Part shown: positions 31,773 through 41,322 of the stretch, piece by piece | Numbering within the stretch: the stretch's first letter is position 1 | How the letters are laid out: every line of letters begins with the position of its first letter | Virus record (IMG/VR): IMGVR_UViG_3300023174_000040 | Coordinates: 248,001-312,000 of that record | Reading direction: 5' to 3' (one strand) | Length of the DNA: 64,000 nucleotides | The notes under the pieces: generated by a model | What the model saw: only the letters and a program-made list of their open reading frames with translations | Database searches by the model: none | Told to the model about the DNA's origin: nothing | Translations under genes and position numbers: made by a program

Positions 31773-32581
31773 AAAGAACTGCTTTTTGTTTTACGGGAGA
31801 AGGAGCTAGAGGAAGTATACAAGCGGGAATAGCTTTATCTCTATATGAGAGTAATATAAAACCAGAATTAACAATAGGGATCAGTTCTGGGAGTATATGC
31901 GCAGCTAGTTATGCTTATTTGGGGCCACAAGGTGTTGCAGATATGTGGTCTAATATAAAAAACATATTTGATGTTTTTGGGATTAATTACTTTCCCTGGA
32001 GAAAAACAGGGATGTTAAATCAAAAACCAATGGAAAAAATAGTTTCCAACGCATTAAAGAATACCCCAGTATGTGAAAGTATAGTTTCTAAGTTAAATAT
32101 TCATTCTGGGGAGATGATGTATGTTTCCAATAAAGGAATAACAGCAGATGAGTTTAAGGAAAATGTGCTTTCAAGCGTTGCAATTACAGGACTAGTAGAA
32201 GATAGAAACGGCTGGGTTGATGCCGGCAGTCGCCAATTAGCGCCATTAAAACAATGCATAGATTTAGGATATAACGAAATATATGTGATAATGGGCAGAC
32301 CTTTAACTCTTTCTTATTGGGAAGGCGCAAAGGGAATTTTAAAGCCATTAGAAATGGCCTTTAGAGCACTCGATATTAGTTTGTATGAGATAATGATAAG
32401 AGATATAAATCAACATTTAAATAATAATGATATAGAAATTTATTTAGTAGAACCAGATAAACTATTCTTTGATTCAGTATATTTTAATCAGTGCAAAAAT
32501 GGTGTACAGTATGGAAGAAAAGAATACACGATACATGACAAAAAATCTTTAAGAAATATTTTGCCCAAGATAGTCAATTAA
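31769..32581 (+). CDS. Patatin-like phospholipase
   Basis: GEGARG oxyanion loop, GISSG nucleophile, DAG catalytic Asp. Confidence 0.85.
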   Translation: MKRTAFCFTGEGARGSIQAGIALSLYESNIKPELTIGISSGSICAASYAYLGPQGVADMWSNIKNIFDVFGINYFPWRKTGMLNQKPMEKIVSNALKNTPVCESIVSKLNIHSGEMMYVSNKGITADEFKENVLSSVAITGLVEDRNGWVDAGSRQLAPLKQCIDLGYNEIYVIMGRPLTLSYWEGAKGILKPLEMAFRALDISLYEIMIRDINQHLNNNDIEIYLVEPDKLFFDSVYFNQCKNGVQYGRKEYTIHDKKSLRNILPKIVN

Positions 32582-33301
32582 ATCTTTAGAATCTGACAGA
32601 CCTTTATATTTTTTTTGCTCTTCTGTCATATTATTTATTGTTTTAATCAAGCTTTCTTTGTCTATATCCTCTTCATCAATCAGGTACTGTCTTAAAATAA
32701 AAAGACAAAAACCCTTATCTGGGAATCCTACGGTGACTTGTCTTTCTATTTTTATAAAAACCTTAGGTTCATTCTTGTCAAAATTTATGAATGGAAACCT
32801 TGGATGATAGTTATATTTCCTCTCATGAACCACACTCCAAAGATATCTTTCAAATATCCCAGAGTTTATTATTGCGTTAACTATTTTAGTGCTATTTTTT
32901 AAACTCATTGGAACTGGAGAATGCAACTCATCAAAAGACATGCCTATTTTTTCAGCCGGATTCCAACTACTGGGGAAGCAGACATGTCCACTAGCCATCC
33001 AATCTTTATTATTTTTTATCCTATGAATTATTAGATCTTCATCTATTTCTCTGGCTATATCGATATATTTTCTACTCTGTAGACTTATGGGGTAATTATC
33101 CAGTATGAACCTTTCGCAGGACTCATATATATCTTCAGATATGTGGTTTTCAAAAAAGAATTCTTGCTGAGATAGAGCAATTCTTTTTTCTTTTTGTATA
33201 AATTCAGAATCTTTTCTGTCTTTTTCAAAGACCTGTTCTGGGTTTATCTTCTTTAAATCAGGTAAAGTGCTAAACCCCTTAATATAAGCATGATTTACCA
33301 T
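32549..33301 (-). CDS. DUF3445 / heme-dependent oxidative N-demethylase alpha-subunit-like protein
   Basis: EDLII, HVCFPSSWNPAEKIGMSFDELHSPVP, ERYLWSV, IERQV...LFILR. Confidence 0.7.
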   Translation of the reverse strand: MVNHAYIKGFSTLPDLKKINPEQVFEKDRKDSEFIQKEKRIALSQQEFFFENHISEDIYESCERFILDNYPISLQSRKYIDIAREIDEDLIIHRIKNNKDWMASGHVCFPSSWNPAEKIGMSFDELHSPVPMSLKNSTKIVNAIINSGIFERYLWSVVHERKYNYHPRFPFINFDKNEPKVFIKIERQVTVGFPDKGFCLFILRQYLIDEEDIDKESLIKTINNMTEEQKKYKGLSDSKDLIDYLGQNIS

Positions 33302-33774
33302 GCAACTTTGGTTATCCTGTGAGGCCTCTTTAATAATTTACCATCAATTAATTTTTCTTCAGCCATCCAAATATGACAATAGCCAGAATTCTTTTCTATT
33401 CCATAGGCGACTATTCCGTTTTGATCTAATCTAAAAACTTTGAACTTTCCACGATAACCCATTAAAATTTTGTCACGTGTTTTATTTTTTAGGTTCGAAG
33501 AACCATCTTCATCTTCGTTGTCATCATCGTCTTCATCATCATATTCCTCCACCTCTGTTTTAGAAGAAGGGCTGTCAGATGTTTTCCATATTGGGCCACC
33601 ACCCAAAACTTTTATAATGTCTCCGCTTTGGAGCTCCTTCCAGTCTATTCTAGTTGCCTTGGGCTTATCTTTTTTTATTTTAAATGCAAAGCCGGCATCA
33701 CAAAATTTACATCTTCTGGCTCTTACACCATTTTCTTTTTTGCATTTATCACAAATCTTTTTTGGCATTTTCAA
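33295..33774 (-). CDS. Zinc-ribbon protein
   Basis: CDKC...RCKFC; acidic insert. Confidence 0.6.
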   Translation of the reverse strand: MKMPKKICDKCKKENGVRARRCKFCDAGFAFKIKKDKPKATRIDWKELQSGDIIKVLGGGPIWKTSDSPSSKTEVEEYDDEDDDDNEDEDGSSNLKNKTRDKILMGYRGKFKVFRLDQNGIVAYGIEKNSGYCHIWMAEEKLIDGKLLKRPHRITKVAW

Positions 33775-34052
33775 CCCTTTATTATACTATTTTTTGCGAT
33801 TACAACGCCTGTACCGTGCTCTGAGTTATAGACGTTTTTGATATCATCATCTGGCTCGCATGTCAATATCACATGGCTCTTGTGAATCAAATACTTTTCA
33901 TCTTTCGAGTATGGAATCAAGGGCATACTTGCGATTCCATTCTGGGTCATAAGGAACTTTTGGGGCTTGATGGCTACATAGAAATCATCTTTTGCCTCCA
34001 ATGCACATATGAATTCTTCTCCACTCACGAGCTTCAAAACTTTGATCTCCAT
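33771..34052 (-). CDS. Small Sm-like-fold protein common in T4-like phages
   Basis: IKVLKLVSGEEFIC...MPLIPYS...EP...NVYNSEHGTG. Confidence 0.6.
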   Translation of the reverse strand: MEIKVLKLVSGEEFICALEAKDDFYVAIKPQKFLMTQNGIASMPLIPYSKDEKYLIHKSHVILTCEPDDDIKNVYNSEHGTGVVIAKNSIIKG

Positions 34053-34276
34053 TTAATTTCTTTCTATTTAAAGTATAAATTATTCAATTCACAAATTAGA
34101 ATACACCACAATTCAATGCTTTTCAATAGCAATTGTTTTTTGTCGTAAGTCCTTATTTTAAAAGCACTTACGACAAAAAAATTATTTAATTATATTTAAA
34201 CATTAAAGTTAATCCCAATAAATCTAAATACAATAGTGTTTTATTCCAGGCTCGATTAAGATATAATAGGGAGATC

Positions 34277-34711
34277 ATGAAAATGAAAAATAAATTTACA
34301 GATTACAAAGATGTAGTTAAAATTCTTAAAAAGCATTGCCCTTTAGCGTATGAAATCAGCGTTAGAAGAGTGGCAATGGGAAGATGTCTTGATGGAGATT
34401 GTGTAAAATATAAAAAGAAATTCTTTATAAGAATTAACAGAGATCTGCCAGAAGATTCTGCTATAGACACTCTTTTACATGAATGGGCACATGCCCGTGC
34501 TTGGAATCATCTACTAGATAACTTGGATAGTCAAGACAAATTCGATGATTTTTCCCACGATGCATCATGGGGAGTTGCATATAGCGAAGTCTATAGACTA
34601 TATCAGAGATACTTTCTATTAAGCACAGATGGAATGAGTAACGTAGATGAATCAACCATGTGCAGTAAAAAAAGATATTGTAGCAGAGGAACAGATCAAG
34701 AAATAATATGA
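34277..34711 (+). CDS. Small SprT-like HExxH metalloprotease-domain protein
   Basis: DGDC...IRIN...DTLLHEWAH...HDASW. Confidence 0.65.
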   Translation: MKMKNKFTDYKDVVKILKKHCPLAYEISVRRVAMGRCLDGDCVKYKKKFFIRINRDLPEDSAIDTLLHEWAHARAWNHLLDNLDSQDKFDDFSHDASWGVAYSEVYRLYQRYFLLSTDGMSNVDESTMCSKKRYCSRGTDQEII

Positions 34712-35511
34712 ATTATTTTGTCTCGGTAGAAGATTCTTACTACCATAATTGGCAACTCGAATTATTGATAGAAAGCTTCAAGGTATTGGGTCTAGAGGAC
34801 AATCTATATATATCGGTGGCTCAGGCAGACAAAGAGTATCTTAAAAATAATAAAAATCTTTCAACACATGCCAATAAATATATTCATAAAAATATAGGCA
34901 GAGAAACAGGTATACTCAAATTAAATAAATGGGGTTCTCTTTACACTCTTATGGAGAACAACATACTAAGTTTACCCGTGACCGTACTAGATCCCGATAC
35001 AGTCATACAAAAAGATATAAAAATACAAGATAAACAATTTATATTTTCTATTGATCCTGACTTTGTTTATAATAAAAGATATGCCAAATTAATTAGACTA
35101 TCAAAAAATGAAATGGATAAATGGCTTAATCTGGGTGAAGTGTTTGTTTTTAATGAATTATCATTAAATTTCTTTAAGGATATGGCAATATTATGTCAAA
35201 TGGTGGGATTGGATCCAAACAAATATCAAGTTGATAAAGCGGCATTATTTGCAACTTTGTGCAAACATAAAGTCAGTAAAATATTAGCCAGTAATGATAT
35301 CGAAGGAAATCTAATAGAGAGTCAATTAAAAGATATAATAAGCTATAGGCATGGAGTTAATCCCATGTTTAATAAAAAACTATATAAAAGTAATGATATG
35401 AATTTCTCCATGGCATCCGATAATCCAATAAATCTTTTATCTAAAATGGACCACACCCCTTCTTTAGAGTATGTGTCCAAGATTGCAAAGAGAATTATAA
35501 ACCGAATATAA
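34708..35511 (+). CDS. Putative GT-A glycosyltransferase resembling peptidyl O-glycosyltransferases
   Basis: SVEDSYYHNWQLELLIESF, LNKWGSL, VLDPDTVI (DxD). Confidence 0.5.
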   Translation: MNYFVSVEDSYYHNWQLELLIESFKVLGLEDNLYISVAQADKEYLKNNKNLSTHANKYIHKNIGRETGILKLNKWGSLYTLMENNILSLPVTVLDPDTVIQKDIKIQDKQFIFSIDPDFVYNKRYAKLIRLSKNEMDKWLNLGEVFVFNELSLNFFKDMAILCQMVGLDPNKYQVDKAALFATLCKHKVSKILASNDIEGNLIESQLKDIISYRHGVNPMFNKKLYKSNDMNFSMASDNPINLLSKMDHTPSLEYVSKIAKRIINRI

Positions 35512-35785
35512 TTGTTTCTGGCTTGTCGTCTATCCAGACATCAATATTCACACCAAGTTTATCGACAACATCTTTTTTAGGAAGATGATTGCAGAATATC
35601 ACATCTTCTATTAATTCCAAAGAAGACCCAAAGCTACCCTGCACTTCATCTATATTTTTTTGTTCTTCTGTCCGGGCAGTTACACAAAAAACTCGGTGGC
35701 CTCTAGAGGTTGCCTTAAGAATAAACCACTTCCAAAATATTGGATCTTCTGTGAAAGTGTTGTCAAAATCTAAAGAAAAAACCAT
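35495..35785 (-). CDS. Small HAD-family hydrolase
   Basis: SLDFDNT, VTAR, WIDDKP. Confidence 0.8.
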   Translation of the reverse strand: MVFSLDFDNTFTEDPIFWKWFILKATSRGHRVFCVTARTEEQKNIDEVQGSFGSSLELIEDVIFCNHLPKKDVVDKLGVNIDVWIDDKPETIIFGL

Positions 35786-36210
35786 TATATTCCTTTTAGC
35801 ATCTGTCTTATCTCATCCAAATCTTTCCTGCTATCTTCCATCTGTTTTTCCAAAAATATAACTACCCAATAACTATTAAGATCGTTTATTTTTTCAGCAT
35901 CAGCTATTCTCTGATAATAGTTATTTATAACCTCTTCTTCCATTTTTGCTGCGTATTCTAGAATTTCTCTTGGATCGCTCAAGGATGGAAAATCATTCGG
36001 CACCTTTGCAGGAGAGCCCCCAAGCCCAGTAATAAGATCAGAGAATTGCACGATGTGTTGCATTTCACTGGCCGCCTGTTCCAGCAGCCATTCTTTGTAT
36101 TCTTTTGCGTGCAAACCAACTATGTTGCTTGCATTATGAAGATAAAAACAATGATGTTTCCACTCATTTTTAAGGTCTTGATTTATTCTTTCAACCAAAG
36201 CATTAATCAT
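35785..36210 (-). CDS. Ferritin-like (bacterioferritin/Dps-fold) protein
   Basis: DLKNEW, EMQH, MEEEVI..Y, EDS..DL di-iron helix pattern. Confidence 0.75.
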   Translation of the reverse strand: MINALVERINQDLKNEWKHHCFYLHNASNIVGLHAKEYKEWLLEQAASEMQHIVQFSDLITGLGGSPAKVPNDFPSLSDPREILEYAAKMEEEVINNYYQRIADAEKINDLNSYWVVIFLEKQMEDSRKDLDEIRQMLKGI

Positions 36211-36294
36211 AAAATTTTGTTTCTTTCAAAAAATGGATAAAAATTTAGACTAGAGTAGTATATAATCTATAATCTTTTAATCAAGAGGAATACT

Positions 36295-36813
36295 ATGAAA
36301 ACATTTAATGAGTTTATTGAACAAAAAAATATCAACACACTAGTTGAGAGTATTGCGGGTCTTATGGTTGAGATGGACATCAATCCCGCTGAATATATTT
36401 TAGAAAATGCTCCTGAGACGGAACTTGATGAAGGTTTCATGGATAGTCTGAAGGCATTTGGTAAAAACGCCTGGAGTGCGGCCAAACAATTTGGCAAAAA
36501 TGTTTGGGACGGTGGCGGTATCAGAGGTGGTGCTGCTCAAGCAGCCGATACATTAGCCGGCCCTGCTTCGAAGTTTGATTCTGCTGCAAGAGTTTTAACT
36601 GATCTTGTGAATCAACTTCAAAAAAATCCACAAACTGCAAGTATGCCATCTTCGACCAATCCAAGACAAACAGTCGCTTCTTATCTTGGCGGAATTCTAA
36701 AGGGACTAATGAAGGAGAAAGAGAACATTCCAAAAATGCAGGATGCCCAAGTTTCTATGCCAATGGCTCCAAGAGGTCCAGGTGCTCCCGCTCCTGCCCC
36801 TGCAACTCCTTGA
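36295..36813 (+). CDS. Putative internal head protein (MKTFNEFIE leader)
   Basis: Leader close to T4 MKTYQEFIAE; GAGG RBS. Confidence 0.6.
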   Translation: MKTFNEFIEQKNINTLVESIAGLMVEMDINPAEYILENAPETELDEGFMDSLKAFGKNAWSAAKQFGKNVWDGGGIRGGAAQAADTLAGPASKFDSAARVLTDLVNQLQKNPQTASMPSSTNPRQTVASYLGGILKGLMKEKENIPKMQDAQVSMPMAPRGPGAPAPAPATP

Positions 36814-37375
36814 TTTTAAACCTATATTTTTCATAACACTCATTTGCTTTTTCAAGAATAGTGTTGCTGATGTTGAAGTCAGCAACACTATTTTCTTTTC
36901 TGATATTGAATTCTTCTTTTAAACCCAAGAACTCTTGAATTTTCTTGTAAGTTTCAGGCAGGGTAAACTCCTCGTCAAAATAGACTTTAAAGTTTTGCTT
37001 GGGAGTTTTTCTTATCATTTCATAGATCTTGCGAAGCCTAAAACAATAATAGTTTAAACACGACTCTGAGCTGTACATTTTATTCCCGATTAGATTTGGC
37101 ATCACTAATCTTGGCTTATTTACAAGATAAATAAATTTACAAAAATTTAATAAAGGAGCAAAACAGAATTGATGATTATAATAAAGAGGATCCATATAGA
37201 TATGAGGATTTTTTCTATATCCGCTTCTAATAGATCCTAGAGAAAAAAGATTATTTATATCTTTGTATAACTGCAAGTCTATTTTTTGTATTCTCTTATT
37301 AGTGTTCAACGTATCAACTAAAACATTATTTTCTCTATAGTGCGTAATCACCAATAATAGTTCTTTTTTCTGCAT
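36755..37375 (-). CDS. Degenerate sulfotransferase-fold protein
   Basis: KFIYLVNKPR and YKKIQEFLGL resemble sulfotransferase elements; PAPS loop not canonical. Confidence 0.35.
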   Translation of the reverse strand: MQKKELLLVITHYRENNVLVDTLNTNKRIQKIDLQLYKDINNLFSLGSIRSGYRKNPHIYMDPLYYNHQFCFAPLLNFCKFIYLVNKPRLVMPNLIGNKMYSSESCLNYYCFRLRKIYEMIRKTPKQNFKVYFDEEFTLPETYKKIQEFLGLKEEFNIRKENSVADFNISNTILEKANECYEKYRFKIKELQGQEREHLDLLEPLA

Positions 37376-37406
37376 AAAATAATAGAGAGAAAACAATAGA
37401 TAAAAT

Positions 37407-37967
37407 ATGCTTAACTTCAAAACATTCTTAGAAAATCTTGAACATTCAAAAAATGATATTCACAAGATCGTTCAATACAGCGAAAAATTATTAGGTATGG
37501 TCAAACCCAAAGAGGAACTCGAAGATTGGGTTAAAGCAAAACTAACTCATACCGAGGATTATCTCAATACAGTTCTTGATTATTTAAAATACTACAAACA
37601 ACAAAATGAAGACAATAACAGAATGGCCATGGGAGATCTAAGAAGCATTCATGAAAAAGCAAAAGAAATAGAAAAAATACTTAGCAAAGAAAAAGAACTA
37701 AAAGACTGGATTAAATCAAAACTAAATTTAGCGGGTGAGTATATGGATGATGTGTTTCATCACCTGGATTATAATAAAAAAGAAGGATTCGTAAACCAGA
37801 GTATGCCAGATCCAGAAAATGAGCGTGCTCCAAAAGCAAGTGAGTATTCTGCCGATCCCTACATGAGCATAGATGACCTACCGCCCACACCATTTTCCCG
37901 ACATCGGGAAAATCTAAAATACAAGAATAAAATGAAGAAAAAAGCCGATCAACTAAAAAATAATTGA
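37407..37967 (+). CDS. Internally duplicated helical protein (MLNFKTFLE leader)
   Basis: ELEDWVKAKLTHTEDYL and ELKDWIKSKLNLAGEYM repeats. Confidence 0.6.
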   Translation: MLNFKTFLENLEHSKNDIHKIVQYSEKLLGMVKPKEELEDWVKAKLTHTEDYLNTVLDYLKYYKQQNEDNNRMAMGDLRSIHEKAKEIEKILSKEKELKDWIKSKLNLAGEYMDDVFHHLDYNKKEGFVNQSMPDPENERAPKASEYSADPYMSIDDLPPTPFSRHRENLKYKNKMKKKADQLKNN

Positions 37968-37980
37968 TCGGCCCTGTTCG

Positions 37981-38655
37981 TTATCTTGGCATTAAAATAT
38001 AGTCTTTGCTATATTCTCTTTGCGACACATTCCTGTCGATTATTGGCAATTCTAATACCCTGTATTTATTAGGTATTATGTCTTCTTTTGCATAGATGAT
38101 AGCTGCCCAGCCATCCCACCTTTTGTTGAACTCGTTCATATTCCAAGTTCTAATCTTAAGTTGTGGATCGCTATTATTGATATATTTCACTACTCCGGCC
38201 TTTTCATCATAATGAACCATTGTCATCATGTGGCCAGGAACAGCAAAAACAGCGCCTCTACGTTCAATTTGGCAGCCTTTTATCAATAAATTCCTATCAC
38301 CCTTCGTTGTCATTTCATACTTAACGCTAAATCTTTCAAGCATGGCTCTAGCAGCACTAGGGCCTGCATAGCTTTGGTATTCTTTCATTCTTGTTAAATC
38401 ATACAACCGTGTTTCCTTCGCATACCTTGCAATTGTTTCGAAGCTGCACCAAACGCACTGGATACCAGTTCTGTTTGGCACACGATCTTCGAATGGTATA
38501 GGGACCTGAACATTCGAAAGATCTTCATCTTCCTCCCCTTCATAACTAGCAACAGGGTTAATGTTGCTAGCAAAAAGGGGATTTGGATAAAGACAGTCAA
38601 ACTGCCCGAGAGACCCTAAAAACAGAATTAATAAAACCCATGAAATCCTTTTCAT
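37981..38655 (-). CDS. Papain-fold (C39-like) cysteine peptidase with signal peptide
   Basis: QCVWCS, GHMM, YINNSD, F.KRWDGW; hydrophobic N-terminus. Confidence 0.65.
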   Translation of the reverse strand: MKRISWVLLILFLGSLGQFDCLYPNPLFASNINPVASYEGEEDEDLSNVQVPIPFEDRVPNRTGIQCVWCSFETIARYAKETRLYDLTRMKEYQSYAGPSAARAMLERFSVKYEMTTKGDRNLLIKGCQIERRGAVFAVPGHMMTMVHYDEKAGVVKYINNSDPQLKIRTWNMNEFNKRWDGWAAIIYAKEDIIPNKYRVLELPIIDRNVSQREYSKDYILMPR

Positions 38656-38714
38656 AGATCCTCCTTGATCTATAATTATTTAGGGTTCTGGGCTTCAAAA
38701 AATAATTTTAAGCC

Positions 38715-38996
38715 TTATTTTCCTTGATTTCCTTGATTGGATAGCTTTTTAAAAGCATTTAAGGATCTGGCCGGGTTCTTGATGAGTTCATCAATAGCCT
38801 CATCACCCTTCTTTGTGTTAAGTTTATTCCAGGCGGCCCGCCTTGTTATTAAGCTATATTTCTTAAAAACACTCTGGAGCTTCTCTGCTAACTCCATTAT
38901 GGCAGAGTTTTGACTCGTATCATCTTTATCTTTAGACCTCTTGTCAGAATCTTTCTTGGAGCTTTCTGACAAGAGGTATTCCTTATAACTTTTCAA
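38715..38996 (-). CDS. Putative internal head protein (MKSYKEYLLSE)
   Basis: Capsid-targeting-like leader. Confidence 0.55.
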   Translation of the reverse strand: MKSYKEYLLSESSKKDSDKRSKDKDDTSQNSAIMELAEKLQSVFKKYSLITRRAAWNKLNTKKGDEAIDELIKNPARSLNAFKKLSNQGNQGK

Positions 38997-39350
38997 TTAC
39001 ATGCCTTTTGGTAGATATTTTGACTCTTCTTCACCATGCATGGAATCATTCTTGTTCTCTGATTCGCTGTCTTCGACATGCTTCTTAGCAGCCATCTTGA
39101 GTTTTGGAAGATTAATATTTGAGATCAATAGTTCCATTTCTGGGTTGTTTGAAGCAATGCCTCTTAGAGCATTCATAAATCTCTGTGGGTTCTCAGCGAT
39201 TGCCATATCAACAACCTTCATCATGTGAGTGAGCTGCTCTGCTTCGCTGTTGCTGAAACTAGCGGTGCCATAGGCTGTTTTTCCAACATTCATACCTGTG
39301 ACTTCAGAAACACTATTATTATCTTTTAAATATTCTTGAAAACTTTTCAT
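38997..39350 (-). CDS. Putative internal head protein (MKSFQEYL)
   Basis: Capsid-targeting-like leader; AAGGA RBS. Confidence 0.55.
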   Translation of the reverse strand: MKSFQEYLKDNNSVSEVTGMNVGKTAYGTASFSNSEAEQLTHMMKVVDMAIAENPQRFMNALRGIASNNPEMELLISNINLPKLKMAAKKHVEDSESENKNDSMHGEEESKYLPKGM

Positions 39351-39516
39351 ATTTTTCCTTTAATTTTGTTTGTTTAACTAACACTAAAATGTATATATGT
39401 TTTTTTGAAAAATTTTTAAAGGCAAAAGTGTATATACATTTAAGGTTTTATTCAACAATATACTAAACTAGTATCGAACCTTTTTGCAAAAACAAAATTA
39501 TCTTAGGGAGAAACTA

Positions 39517-41304
39517 ATGAAGCGTAAATTAATCAATTATGATGAATTCAAGAAAATGGAGAATGAGTCAGTATCCAGAGTTGAGAAGGAGCTAATCGAA
39601 GCTGAGGAGCTTCTTGCAACAATTCTTGAAACAGAAAAACTTGAACTCATGTTCTTTAATGAGTCAGAAGTTGTTTACAAGACAGTAAACGAAGATATCG
39701 TTCGTGCCAACTATAAACTAACCAACGATAATCTTGCTCTAGAAAACATCGAAGAACTAGTAATCGATGAAGAGACAGAAAAGAATGAGTCAAAGAAACT
39801 CATCTCTGACATGATTGATAATCTTCTTGAGAATAAAGAAGAAGTCGCTTCAGAAGTTCTTAGCGAGTATCTCAATATGCCATCAGTAAGAAGAAACCTA
39901 ATTTCAGAAGGTTTCAAAGTTAAGTTAAGCAAGCCAACAGGTGCAAGAAGCAAGCTATTCCACAAGAAGCAGCCAAGAAGCCTTGTTGCCAAACGTATTC
40001 GCTCAATGATGAAAACAAAGAGAAAGCGTGCTAGCCTCAAGAACTATCTCAAGATGAAGACAGCCAGTGCCAAGCGTCGTCTCAAGAACATCACCAATCC
40101 AAGAGCCAGAATTTATGTTGTTAAGACTATGAAGGAATGGACAAGCCTAACAGAGAACGTTCTTGGTTATGTAAATCACAAAGAAATGGGCCATGTTTAC
40201 AAAGAATGCATCGTTGAACAAAACGATAAAGGTGATATCGTTGGAATCAAAGTTCCAACAGTAAGCAAAGTAAATGAAGGCAAAGTATTAAGTTTCGATT
40301 GGAAGACTCTCGACACCGAAGTCAAGGTTCTCAGAAGCAAAGGCAAATGCCTTGTAAAGAATGAAAACTTCGTCAAGAGTGTTGCTCAAATCAAGAAGTA
40401 CAACAATATTTCTGATAACAACATGCTTGAGACAAGTTTAGAGAATGCTGTTAAGAATTTTCCAGAATTAGTTTATGTCACTCAAGAAGAACTATCTTCA
40501 ATGGTTAAAGAAGCTCTTGAGACAGTTGGAGCCAGAAATTTTGATGATAATACCTGCAATTTCATTGCTGAGGGTCTACTAAGAACCGCTCACAATGCTT
40601 ATTCAGATCGTGTTAACAAAATCACAAATTTAGCTGGTGCCACAGTTTGTGAAGAGTGCGAAGACAAGTATCCAGGATTCAAAGAAGTTGCCGACAAGTT
40701 CTACAAGTATCTTGATGAATCAGCCAGTGCTGATCTCAAGGTTTTCGAAGATCTAGTTGAGGCTCTAGAGAACCTCAAAGTATTAGCCGAAAAACTTGGC
40801 GACAAAGAAGTTGTTGCTGAAGCTTCGGAACTACTCGATGAGTGCATCCTAGTTGTCAACCAAGAAGAAGAACCAGATGTTCAACTTGCTGAGTTTGTTG
40901 CCAACTACCTCAAGGATATCTATGAGAGTAATCTCGGATGCGAAGATTGGGCTGACAGTATGCCAACAATGAGTGTTAATGGGGATCACCCATCGCTTAG
41001 TGAAAAGGCAAGAAAAAGTTACAGCCCAGCTGCTGATCTTGAGGACAAGAGTGTAGTCGATAGCCCAGCTCCAGTTAGCGATGGCAAGACTATTGTAAAC
41101 GATTTAGATGATGAGATGAAAGATAATGGTTGGGGCAACGTTGGTGGTGACCACGTCTATCCATCATTAACTAATCCTTATATTCCAAATGCAATGGAAT
41201 TCACGATGAAGGGCGAAAAAGGAGTTGATAAGGATGGTGAAGATCTCGGAACAAACCAAGGTAAAGATACTTGGCCAGGTCTTCAGAATCCTTTTGCCAA
41301 ATAA
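39517..41304 (+). CDS. Prohead core/scaffold-like protein
   Basis: Glu-rich with a basic patch, highly-expressed-type codon usage, directly upstream of the prohead protease. Confidence 0.55.
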   Translation: MKRKLINYDEFKKMENESVSRVEKELIEAEELLATILETEKLELMFFNESEVVYKTVNEDIVRANYKLTNDNLALENIEELVIDEETEKNESKKLISDMIDNLLENKEEVASEVLSEYLNMPSVRRNLISEGFKVKLSKPTGARSKLFHKKQPRSLVAKRIRSMMKTKRKRASLKNYLKMKTASAKRRLKNITNPRARIYVVKTMKEWTSLTENVLGYVNHKEMGHVYKECIVEQNDKGDIVGIKVPTVSKVNEGKVLSFDWKTLDTEVKVLRSKGKCLVKNENFVKSVAQIKKYNNISDNNMLETSLENAVKNFPELVYVTQEELSSMVKEALETVGARNFDDNTCNFIAEGLLRTAHNAYSDRVNKITNLAGATVCEECEDKYPGFKEVADKFYKYLDESASADLKVFEDLVEALENLKVLAEKLGDKEVVAEASELLDECILVVNQEEEPDVQLAEFVANYLKDIYESNLGCEDWADSMPTMSVNGDHPSLSEKARKSYSPAADLEDKSVVDSPAPVSDGKTIVNDLDDEMKDNGWGNVGGDHVYPSLTNPYIPNAMEFTMKGEKGVDKDGEDLGTNQGKDTWPGLQNPFAK

Positions 41305-41322
41305 ATATAAAGGAGAAAAACA

